A DNA stretch of 64,000 bases from Orbicella franksi (taxonomy: Eukaryota): contig OZ116712.1 in the NCBI GenBank assembly GCA_964199315.1, forward strand, positions 5,084,001-5,148,000. Direction: 5' to 3'. The translations under genes were made by a program, and so were the position numbers. A model generated the notes under the pieces. The model had not been told where the DNA came from. It saw nothing but the letters and a program-made list of their open reading frames with translations, and made no database searches. Position 1 is the first letter of the stretch; each line of letters starts with the position of its first letter. This document shows, piece by piece, positions 13,201 through 23,449 of this stretch.

Positions 13201-15487
13201 CCTTGTGCCTCTGTTTGAAAACGAGCCCTCGTGTAATGAGTTTTATTTGCATGAAAAAGAACCTGTAGAAGAAACAAATTTTCATATGAGTGGTTTCGCC
13301 CGAAGACTCGTTTTGACACCGAGGCAAAAGACAACTTGGAAATGGCCTACTGCTTGCAATTGAAAGAAACTTCGAAATAATAGCTTACTCCGGTAGAATA
13401 ACATTAAAGAGGTAAAAATAAACTAAAAAAGAGTAAGGATGGTTAAGATCGGGGAAGATTGAGACGGATTACAAATGATAAACCTTGAAAGATTAGGATT
13501 TGCCATCCTGTGACATTGATTCTTTGACAACAAAATCAGTAGTGGATCTAGCGGAGGGGCCTGGGAGGCCCGCGCCTCCCCTCCCTTATATTGGGTAAAA
13601 AAAAAAATCGCAGAAGGAAGAAAAGCCGGCAGGGCAAGCAACTTACCCCCCCCCCCCCCCCCCTCAAGCGCAAGGTCTGAATCCACCACTGAAAATTAAC
13701 ATAATTATGTCAACCTAACAAGGGTGGTTAACATCGGGTCATATGACGAGGTACGTTTAATTTGTTATACCATCAAGCTATGTATACATATAAATTTTAA
13801 AAAATGTGGTATTGGTAAGGTCTTGATGAATTGCCCAGACAAAGGAGACTATCTGAAAAACGTTTGTTGCGCAAATTGCATTAATACTCTGAACTGTCGT
13901 TCCCAAACACATAACAAAAGCACTTCTTAAAGGTGACGGCGGTTGTTCTCTCTACGCATGCCTAGAAACAAATATTTGGGGACGAGGTTGACATGGTCAT
14001 CTTTTCAATCGGTTTGTAAAAAATATCCACGTATAACCCTCCATGTTTTTCCTCTATCTAGTTCCCACGAAACCACCGGCTAACATTGACGCGGACATCC
14101 TGGACAAGTTTGTAGTAATCAGCTGGAATCGAGTTCCCGAAGAGTCGCGTAACGGTGAAATACTGGGTTACCGCATAACCTACTATCAAGCACGCAATCA
14201 GACTTATCAACAGACCGAAACAAAGCCTCATGATTTCTTTTCAGTTCAGCTCAAGTCACTTGATAAATTCACAGAATACCACGTCAAGATTTTGGCATAC
14301 ACCGGAGCAGGCAATGGGAAAGTTGACCACATTTCGTTTAACACCAGTGACGATAGTAAGTATCAACATCGAAATTCTCCATGCTGTGTTCCATTCAGTT
14401 CCTATCATTCTCTTTGGGAGAATATCGTTTTTAAAGATTTGAGCAAACGGACTCGCAAGAAGACGCAAGTTGAAAACTTGGGTCTACTTGCGATTCCGTT
14501 TGGCAAGGACTTGTGTGCACTTGCGTTGACTTGCGCTCACTTAAGTCGAGATCAAATTTATGCACGCAAGTCGACGCAAGTTGAGTGACGTCCAGTCGTT
14601 GTTATGGCAACCTATTAGCCAATGAAACACAGGGTATGTCTGCGAGCGATGGCCTTGAAATGTTTTTCTTTTGCGACTTGTACTTGTGAGGAAACTTGCT
14701 AGTCCGTATTGCCACCCAACGCAGGTCTCCATGCAAGTTCAACTTGCGGCTACTTATGGACTCGTTAAGAAAATACACGCACGCGCTGATTGGTTTGATA
14801 GAGACACAGAACTAGCATGAGCTGTTGACGTAATGATGGCGCGAGCAAAGAGAATTTATATTTTGATGATGTTTTTATTTTCCACGCGGAATTTTCTAAA
14901 AGAAATAGAAAACATGTTCTCCGTATTTCTATCAAGTTTTAGTATAAATCTGTTAGCTAATCTCATTCGCTGATTGGCTACGCTACTCACTCTCTATTCT
15001 GTTGTAGATAGTAAGTAGCCTAGCAGCGTGCGCTTGTTAACAAAATGGCGGCTACTTCTTTGCGTTTTCGACGTGTCTGTGAAGAGGATTTAGATAAGGT
15101 TTTGAGCGACTTGTAGATTTATAATAAACAATTAATTATTCGCTCTCAATTTCAATGAGGTGATAGTTGATAAAAAGCTGTGGAACACTCGACTGTCGGC
15201 TAGTGTTCCCATAGCATTTCTCCTTCTCCCAAACTTCCACTCGTGTTTCTATAACTCGATAGAAACACGGTACAAGTTTTTCTTAAATATCGAGACTTCT
15301 CCTTAGGTGATTAGTTACTTATTTCTCTTAAACTGCTATTTGGATTTGCCTATTTCCGGAAGGTTGTCCTTAAAGTGGTACTATAATCAAATTTTTACCC
15401 CTTGATTTTTTTGGTGTATCACATAGAATGGCATGAAAGAATAAAAATGCCGTTTACCGTTTGCAAATATCTGCATTCGTTCCGGAG

Positions 15488-15528
<41 letters not shown>

Positions 15529-18500
15529 AGCTGATGACATCATAATGATCATATGCTCAAACCAATAGTACATCAAGTATATAAATAGAGCTGTCTTGGT
15601 CAATTTCCAGCACAGACCCCTGAAACTCGGTAGGCTAATAGTTCTACAGATAACACACCTACAGCAACAAAAAATTTTGTTCCCATGGCAACTCACTCTT
15701 TTCCAGTCCCCACCTACTTGATTTCAATATTTTAGTGATTTTCAGCTCGAAAAATATTTAAAAAGGCCATGAACTCGACCTAACATATTCATATGCTTGC
15801 TGGATCATGCATATGAGGCACCATCAGCAAATATCAAAATAGAATGCCAAAGGTGGCCAGAAAAGCCATTTATATTGGGGAGGTCTGGAACCCAGTATGT
15901 TGCTATGGTAACAAAACTGTCAAGCTCATGTTGCGGAGCACATTTAGTAGAATCTTACTGCAAAGAATCAAACATTTCTTATACAAATTGGCTGAGATAT
16001 CTTTCTTCATTATATTTGATGAAAATTTGGTTGAGTGTATGACGTCATCAGTGTATAATTTGCATATTTTAAAAACTTGAGTATCTCTGGAGCGAAAAGA
16101 GATATATGAAAAAAGTAAACAGCATTTGTCTTCTGATGCAGGCTACTCGTTTATGTTTTAAAATGGCATAGATAGGAAAGATGGGATTTTTGTCATAGTA
16201 CCACTTTAAAATCTTAATAGGCTTTATTTTCACTGCAACAACATGTGCAAAGTATGGCGATCAACAATGCGAACGTAGCGGCCAAGCCCTGATGCTTAAA
16301 ATTGGCAAAAATTTGCGGCTGTTGCTGTTGTTTGGTGGAGTTGTTCATTTAAGATGGTTATACGATCGAGAGGAAACCTTAGGAAAGGAAACGATTTTGG
16401 TAATTTTTCCAGAAAGATGAAAGTTGTAACAAGCCACCAACTTGAGTTAACCTCTAATATTTTTTTTTTCTCCCTAGTACCTAGTAAACCTCCTCGAGAC
16501 GTTAAAGCCATTAGCTATATGTCACCTCACAAGATCCAGGTGACCTGGAAAAAAGTCCCCCGGAAATTTATGAACGGAAAACTGTTAAGTTATCACGTGA
16601 CCTATCAGCGAGTGATGGTTGGCGGCGTACGTAAGGATTTTGAGCTCGAGCTACAAGAGACAGTTAGCGTGGAAACTGTAACGTTGGAAAATCTGGAGCC
16701 TTATTCCAAGTACAAAATCAGAGTCGCAGCAAAAACGGCTAAAGGACTGGGACCGTATACGCCGTTTACTTACGGCGGTAAGCTCGTTCTCTCGTTTTTT
16801 TGCTTTGTTTTTGTGTTGTTGTTTTTTAAAGAAATTACAAGGATTTTGGATTAGATGATTGAACTCTAGATTAAATAACAAGGAAATGGCAGGAAATAAT
16901 AATAATAATAAAAAAAAACGTTTCATGGCGATAGTGTTTGCAAATAGGCCTAGAGAAAAAATGTGCCTATACCTGAGCTAAAAATTATGGTGCTGTATTA
17001 GGGATCGCAACAAAGTCACAGCAGGTTTTGTCATTTTGATATCTAAAAGATGAACACCACAGACAGTATCTCAATCGACTGACTACTTGTTTACTAGATA
17101 AATAAGCTGAAAATATTGACTTCGTGAATAACTGATCGCGCAATATACCCTATTATGAGTTACACCATCATATTAAAATGGTTTGAAAATTCTTACAAAT
17201 CAAACTGAGGGAATGTTTTGGCTGATTTTTGTATATTGAGCACTTCTAGATCGTGCAAAAACTCGCGTTTTACTAAAATTGAGATTTTCATATTGTTGCT
17301 GTCATGGCAGCGGCTATTTCACTCAAAAGATGTACGCGTTGCCAAAATTGCAGTTCAAGTCTCAATGCCTGGTGTTAATTTGATTAAGAAACGATTTTTT
17401 TATAGCCAAGCTGATCAGAAACAGTTAGATGCTCTTGCCTACTCGAAATCTGCATCGAAACACAACTTTGGCTACATTTCCCTTGACGCCGTTCACAAAA
17501 ACAAACAAACAATTTTAACGCTTGTAAAAAGTGAACTGATCAACATGACACGAGCGTGGGACAAAGAAAAGTCCCCGACAGGAATCGAAACCATGAACTC
17601 CCGAACACTGGGCGGGCGCTCTACCCACTGAGCTGAGCTATAAGTGAACAAAGATGGTGAATTTTAAGCTCGGTAATAAAAAGTGAAAAGTGAACTGATC
17701 AAATCCCCATCTTTACTCACTTATCCCACTCACAATGACTTCGACAGTGCTGATCCAAGCAGTATGCAGGACACCTGTCACATATGAACTCAGCTAAATG
17801 ACCTTGCTCTCCATGAGTTCTCGTAGCTCAGTGGATTGAGCGCTCGCCACGTGGTCGGGAGGTCACGGGTTCGATTCCTGTTGGGGACACAGATTTTTTT
17901 CTTTGTCCCACGCTCGTGTCATGTTGATCAGTTCACTTTTCACATTTCATTACCGAGCTTAAAATTCACCATCTTTATTCACTTATTCCACAATTTAAAC
18001 GCCTGTTTCTTTGTTTTTATTTCAGACACTTGTCACTGCCTGCGTCGTCTTACGACAAGTTGGCGACGTTACGCACCGTACGTCAACTTCACAGAAGATG
18101 GCAAACCTGGTCAAATCATTCCGCTAGTCCTGCAGTCCATGGTGAAAGAATGCTGCGGACATTGCCGCGACCGTCATCAAACCGTCCTTGATTTTGGAAC
18201 AAACGGCAGGAACGAGTCATCAACGAAAAACTCGAGCCGTAAACTCCTAGAAGAAATGGATGAATTGACAGATTTCACTTTTCCTGTTTACGGTCACAAA
18301 GACCAAGATTCTTACAAAGGGGGCTTTGGCTATACTCCAGTTATAGAGTCCGCAGGCGTGGCTTTTATAGTATACCCAGAAGTCTCTACGACTCAAACCA
18401 CAATGTTTCACATGCTGCTCAAATGTCTTCCTGTGTTTATTCTTCCCATAGTTACAGCTTACATTGCGGGCGTAATCATATGGTGTTTGGTGAGTAGATG

Positions 18501-21500
18501 TTTGTTTGTTCTCATCAGAAACGAAACGTTTAAGAAGGAATCCACCTGAAGTTCGAGCAACGAGTGGACAAAAACCTTGTATCGAGATTATTTACATCGT
18601 TGCGGAAACTTCTGTGCGACTGTTTGAACTATCTTCTGAAAATAATCATTTTTAACAACATCAAATGTCAAAAACAAATTTTGAAGCTCATATGAAACAC
18701 CTGAAAGTCCTGGTGAAATGAAATTGGTGATGAAATTTCTCCTGTGTTTGCACAAATTTCTCTGAAGTTTGAAATTTATTTTCTCGAGTTCCCATTGGAA
18801 AATGTTTTCGGTTTTATTTCAGGCAGCTATTTATATCTTAAGCTTCAAGAAAATGTACAAAGAACTGCAAAATACCTACAATTATTCTGGTACCAGGTTT
18901 TTGTCCTTTAAAAAACTGAAATTGTTCGATTTCGTATCGGATTTCGCCTTAAACACCATTTAATCACAGTGCGAAGCACTCTCAGTTGGAACGATTTCGC
19001 TGCTCAGCAGTTGACTTGGGCTACACACCAAACCAGTGCCATCGCTTCACCTGGAGTCTAAGCCATCGATGATATCAAATCAAAATGTCTCTTTTTTCTT
19101 GTCCAGCATAAGAATAAAGGGTTCTTTAAAACGCAGTTACATCAAAGCTATATCTGACACTTGCTCGAAGTGATTTTGTTTCATTCTCCGCAACCGTAAA
19201 GTGCGTATAAAAGACTTTTTTCTTTGCTTTGTCATTACCAGGAAAGAAAAAATAACCCTGACGATTTCCCTCAGTCGTTCCTTCGGGGCACCTGGGAAGG
19301 AGTTTGGTGGTCCTTTGTTTCCATGACTACCCTGGGGTGAGTAATACTTACAATAAAGAAGTTTAATCACGCTTTATAATTGGTCGGGGAAAAAAAATCG
19401 TTCAAAGTTCTGTAACATCACAGCCAACATACCAGGTATTTTTCATCCAATCAAAAGCAATCGTCATACTTTCAACCAATCAAAATCCAGTCGTGATTGG
19501 GTTACGTGAATTTTCCTGCGCTTGACTGCGGTTATAACGTTTTCCCGCGTACGACACTGGTTACATTTAATTCCGTGTCGGACACTGGCTACATGTTTCC
19601 TTACCCTCGTAGGCACTTGCATGTTTTCCCGCATTTGACACCGGAAGAACTTTTTCCCGCTCTCTTCAGCAGTTGCCAGTTTTCCCGTGCTTGACAATTG
19701 GTTGTATGTTTTCCCACGCTTGTTACCCGTTGTATCTTTTCCTGTGCTTGTCGCCGGAAGCATGTTTTCCCACGCTAGTTACCGGAAGCATGTTTTCCCG
19801 CGCTTGTTACCGGAAGCATGTTTTTCCGCACTGGTTACCGGAAGCGTGTTTCCCGCGCTTGACAGAAGTTACACGTTTTGCTGCGCTTACCACCGAAAGC
19901 ATTTTCCCCGCTTAACAATCTTTGCATGTTTCCTCGCGTTTCACAGCAGTTGGATAATTTTGCTTCGAGTTGCCGCTGGTTGAGTACGTAACGGCCCTTG
20001 ATCTGATTGGCAAGGATAATAGTAACAAGAACTAATTTATTCAACAACACTTCACCAACATATTCGTCTAAATCCTCAGGTATGGTGACCGAGCGCCTCT
20101 GAGCTACAAAGGCCGATTCTTTGCAACTGCATGGATATTATTCGGCCTCGTCGTCATAGCCATTACAATGGCCATGATAACGACAGCGCTAACAGTGGTC
20201 AGTGTAGATAGTGAGATCAAGCTGTACGGAACCAAGGTTGGCAGCGGTCTTTTTTCGTTTCATACAATATTGTAATTTGACTTTCATAATTTAGTAACAT
20301 CTAAACCTGAAGAAGGCTGGTCTGGGCAGCCGAAATATTGTTTTAAACATACTACGTGGTGTCAGCCTTGCAGTAGCCTTCGACTTCGCATCGTTTTACT
20401 TTTCAAGTTTGCCTCATTAGACCTCCTGTAAGATCTGACTTTCAATCACGCAGGATCTTCGTTCACGGCTTTGCAGTTTATTAAGTTTCTCATTTCCAAT
20501 GTAGAACTCTTAGAATTGTACCTTTGAGGAGAAATTGAAAAAGTTAAGCAACTGTTTCAAAATTCTCCCCTAGTTGGTCGAAAAAGTCGCTTAGAAACGA
20601 CAAGAAATCTGGTGCGAGTATCATCTCGCAGTGGCTTGTGGGATCGTTACTGGGAACAATATGGCTCCTAGTCGTTTGTCCTGTCCTCAGTAACAGTCAA
20701 ACCGCTGCGAGATGACACTTGCCCCAGGTTTCTTCTCGTTTCTAAAGTGTCGAATTTGGAATAAAGTGATAGAGTGCCTAGTTTATCAGTCCCCATGTGA
20801 TATTTCATGATTAACTTACACCACGCTCGTTATTCCAGATTGCAGCGGAATACAATTCGCCCGAATATAACTTGGGAACGAGGCGAAACGCTAAACATGA
20901 TCCAGGTACTGTTCAGACACTGACTACTCGCAAACAATTTAGCACTTCAGATATAATTAGTTACACATATGTTAGGGGCTAGCTATACTGTCATACGTTC
21001 TTGAGATTCAACGATACCTTCTTCAGTTAATATTTCACGTCAACACGCCTTATTTCTGTCAGTTTTTTTTTTTTTTATACAGATAAAATTCATATCTTCG
21101 CTCCGCCATGTAATTTTCTCTTAATTATATAGACAAACTGACTGTTTGCACAAACAACCGCGAAAAAGCCTGAAATGACGTCATTAATATCCTTATTAGT
21201 GAGGATACGGAAAATACCGCACTCGGGTCCCGGACGTAGTGGTTTACTTTCCAGTAAAAACACTCGTGTCTATATAATAAAAATATACACTGTTTTAAAT
21301 GTTTAGACAAAGAATACCACAGTATCGAGGAGGTTGCAGAGGCGCTTGTCAACAGACAAGTGGAAGGGGTCCTGGTGGACACTTATGCGGCGGGGCTGAG
21401 AAGTGATCTCTTCGACCATCCCTCGATACGAGTGAGCAGTGTCCTTGACTACCAGACCGCGTATGGAATCGTACTTAGTCCCAAATCGACACGACTTGGA

Positions 21501-23449
21501 AAGTGCTTTGAGCGCTACATGCTTTCTCACAGGGCGGAGATTTTCGAAATGATTAAGAAAAAAGTCAAGCCAATCGAGGTAAGCAATGGCTAGTTAATTC
21601 TCCTTCCAAGAACAGTACATTTTTAAGTCGTTAGGTGAAGAGAAGGTGGACAATCATCAAAAAGAGAAAACTGAGTTGATGGAGTAACAAATTCTTACAA
21701 TCATTATGAAAAGAAATGTATAGAAATAAGTTAGAAGAATTGCACTTTTGTTCTTGGAACCCAAAAGGCAACTTAAGTGTCACGTGACCCGTACAATCAT
21801 TGACAGACTTTCTTTTCCCCAATGTTTGCCCCACACATGTTAGGGTGTCCTGCATAACCTCAGTAACAATAGCAATAAAGATCTATTCAGGGTGCAAATG
21901 AATAGACGTGACAAGATGAAAGAATAAAACAAATGATTGACAACAAAAAAAGTAAAATAAATACTAGACAAGCCCTATGAGAAAACTCCCTTGAAATTAC
22001 GAACACGAATGAACGAAAAGAGAGGCGACGGCAATATAATGATAAGATTGTAAAAATCGTTGTGTTTGCAAATTAAAATTATCTTATATCTAGGGTGAAC
22101 TGTGAATTCATTCTTGAAAGCAGGCAAACTGAATGCTTCCATAACATTACGTGGTGACCTTCTCGCCTTTAACATAAAGTTTATAAGAATGATCGCTGTT
22201 ACTAATTGTTGCTTGAACGTAACTTCACCAAAATTGCCAGAAAAATCGTGTTAAAAATAACTAATTTTGCGAAAAGTTTCCAATGCTAATTCGCATCAAC
22301 AAACGAATATTCTCGGAATCCACACTACAGAACCGAAAAAACAAAAACACTTTGCAATGACATTGAGCAGTTAAAAAAAAAAAACAAATAAAAAAAAACA
22401 AACCAACCTAAAAACAGGATGTGTTAGTTTGCGACATAAAACAACTTTTACTGCACATATATTAGCACTCAGGGGTATGTCTCCATTCTTGTGGTATGAA
22501 GTAATCTCTCTCTCTCTCTCTGTACAGACCTCTAGCTCCAACTCCGATACACCAGCTGAAGAGAAAACTTCAGGCGGTTTGCTGGACAGCGGTTCCCCAG
22601 CATTCAACAAGGCCTTACGCTACGCATGCGTGATGTTAGGGATTGCCCTCTGCTTGTCCCTTGTCTACGAGTGCATACGATGTATAAGAGCAAGACAAAA
22701 GGTTCGACAGGAAGGTGAGAAAATGTTTGCTACGCCAAAGACTTCTTTGCCACTGCCTTTCTTGACTCGTCACACAACTTGCAAGCCACACTCGTCGCGC
22801 AAAGCTCTTTACGTATTACTTGTCACACGAAATTCGTCACGCAACACTTGTACTAACGAGCTCTGTCGGATAGGTGGAGATAGCCTTGGTAGAGTCTAAA
22901 AACTCTATGCACGTTTATAACAGATTGCTTCGAACATAAACCAAGTATCTATTGAGTGAACGTTTGAAACCCACAGGCAACTTCCAAGAAACCTTTTTTA
23001 AGCAGCCGGCAGAAAGCGCGGGAAATCTTGCCACTGGTCACAAGCGCAGTAAAACACGTAAACGTTAAAAAGCGCGCGAAAAAAAAGATCCAGTTTTGTA
23101 CCTGATTGGCTGAGAGGAAAAGAAAAGAGCTTTGCTCTGATTGGTTAAATTACACTGTACGTGTAAAACTGACCAATAACTTGGTATGCTGACACATTTT
23201 GCCTTCTTTTTTTACATTGCAGTGTACTTCAAGACAATACTAGTAAGAGAAATGCGGAGTTTGATAGACGAGTTTATCCAAAGGATAAAGGAAAGTAAAG
23301 CCAAATTGGGAGAAAGACACCGAAAACAAATCGTCAGTTTTTGGAAACTTAAACGAAAATCCATGTGTCGCAGCGGTAACGAGAGTGAGTGGCTGAGGAT
23401 TTCTACGGCGTCTCCCCACAGGGGTGATGTGACCATTACCGATCTGTAA
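385..23449 (+). CDS. Multi-exon gene, 5' end outside window: at least 10 FN3 domains fused to an iGluR/GluR0-like ligand-gated channel module with K+-type filter TTLGYGD; at least 1528 aa
   Basis: GT-AG exons, frame continuous. FN3 exons: 385-753, 1685-1987, 2658-2954, 4852-5145, 6010-6321, 7620-7982, 11291-11587, 12861-13151, 14062-14355, 16478-16777. Channel exons: 18026-18489 (S1+M1), 19242-19336 (ERKNNPDDFP..WWSFVSMTTLG), 20080-20236 (YGDRAP..WILFGLVVIAITMAMITTALT), 20839-20905, 21307-21578 (S2), 22528-22714 (M4), 23223-23449 (tail, stop TAA). Summed length 4589 nt = 2 + 1529 codons. Confidence 0.88.
2358..2518. mobile_element. Tigger/pogo-type MITE
   Basis: TA-CAGTTGAACCTCG..GGTCCAACTG-TA; internal TTCGA(A/G) repeats. 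Confidence 0.7.
3560..3810 (+). mobile_element. tRNA-derived SINE, family A
   Basis: A/B-box head (CAGTGGTGAGAGCGCT..GGTTCGATTCCGG). Homologous inverse copies at about 27090-27290 and, degenerate, at about 28830-29000. Confidence 0.8.
6395..6852 (-). mobile_element. 3' fragment of an RTE-clade LINE, degenerate
   Basis: Minus-strand translation AQLSSAGDVDRVPDQRFSKIVLYS..FNDTLKASLKTFNVKHDSWEQAALD..AAAEGGRQAGKARAS resembles the RTE ORF C-terminus; has stops and frameshifts. Confidence 0.72.
8756..8940. repeat. (GGACTGC)n heptamer array grading into GGGTATAAAACACGGACT repeats
   Basis: Seen directly. Confidence 0.9.
9477..9690. other. Assembly gap (152 N, 9524-9675) flanked by (CTGA)n/(GATC)n microsatellite
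   Basis: Seen directly. Confidence 0.98.
10376..10895. mobile_element. Head-to-head pair of tRNA-derived SINEs, family B (CORE-like central domain)
   Basis: Minus copy 10376-10562 (internal deletion) and plus copy 10592-10895. A full homologous copy lies at 62788-63093. Confidence 0.85.
11793..11968. mobile_element. MITE with AATAGACC..GGTCTATT termini
   Basis: About 45-bp imperfect terminal inverted repeats. Confidence 0.75.
12174..12407. mobile_element. TTAA-flanked MITE (Kolobok/piggyBac-type target)
   Basis: 16-bp TIR AGG(G/A)GCTCAGTCACGG, with TTAA at 12170-73 and 12408-11. Inverse copies at about 28110-28348 and 57720-57950. Confidence 0.85.
13181..13351. mobile_element. MITE, second copy at 25120-25270
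   Basis: Inverted ends CCATTTCCGAGTT..AACTTGGAAATGG; two homologous copies in the window. Confidence 0.75.
15374..16205. mobile_element. 832-bp non-autonomous TTAA-flanked DNA element
   Basis: Perfect 11-bp TIR AGTGGTACTAT / ATAGTACCACT, with TTAA at 15370-73 and 16206-09. No transposase ORF. Confidence 0.8.
17525..17990. mobile_element. Inverted fragments of a tRNA-derived repeat, family C
   Basis: 17535-17640 is the inverse of about 17826-17935 (GTAGCTCAGTGG..GGTTCGATTCCTG head); 17640-17700 is the inverse of about 17925-17985. Confidence 0.75.
18026..23449 (+). other. Ion-channel module: S1 lobe, M1, re-entrant pore loop, M3, S2 lobe, M4, cytoplasmic tail
   Basis: Hydrophobic segments LPVFILPIVTAYIAGVIIWCL (M1), FFATAWILFGLVVIAITMAMITTALTVV (M3) and YACVMLGIALCLSLVY (M4). 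Pore helix and filter EGVWWSFVSMTTLGYGD. S2-like EEVAEALVNRQVEGVLVDTY..YGIVL. Confidence 0.85.
19660..19930. repeat. Degenerate ~30-bp tandem repeat (TGTTTTCCCGCGCTTGTTACCGGAAGCA)
   Basis: Seen directly, in the intron that splits the filter. Related GCGCGGGAAAA motifs at about 23010 and 48215-48290. Confidence 0.75.

Larger units (their letters stand above)
385..16777 (+). other. Array of 10 single-domain fibronectin type III exons (ectodomain)
   Basis: Each exon is 291-369 nt with the FN3 pattern P..P.N....SI.V.W..P....NG.I..Y......L.NL..YT.Y.I.V.A.T..G.G. All are flanked by phase-1 introns. Many NxS/T sequons. Confidence 0.93.

Noticed and set aside
385-16777. Receptor tyrosine phosphatase, DSCAM or sidekick gene
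   Set aside because: No Ig, phosphatase or kinase exons in the window; the FN3 exons splice in frame into the channel module.
17822-17895. tRNA gene
   Set aside because: A/B boxes are present but there is no proper cloverleaf, and it is embedded in a repeat; it is a SINE-type head. The same applies to 3570-3630, 10600-10660, 27220-27290 and 63030-63090.
18026-23449. Bacterial contamination or unspliced HGT of a GluR0 gene
   Set aside because: Six spliceosomal introns with host repeats and in-frame fusion to FN3 exons show an integrated eukaryotic gene. An ancient HGT origin cannot be judged without a phylogeny.
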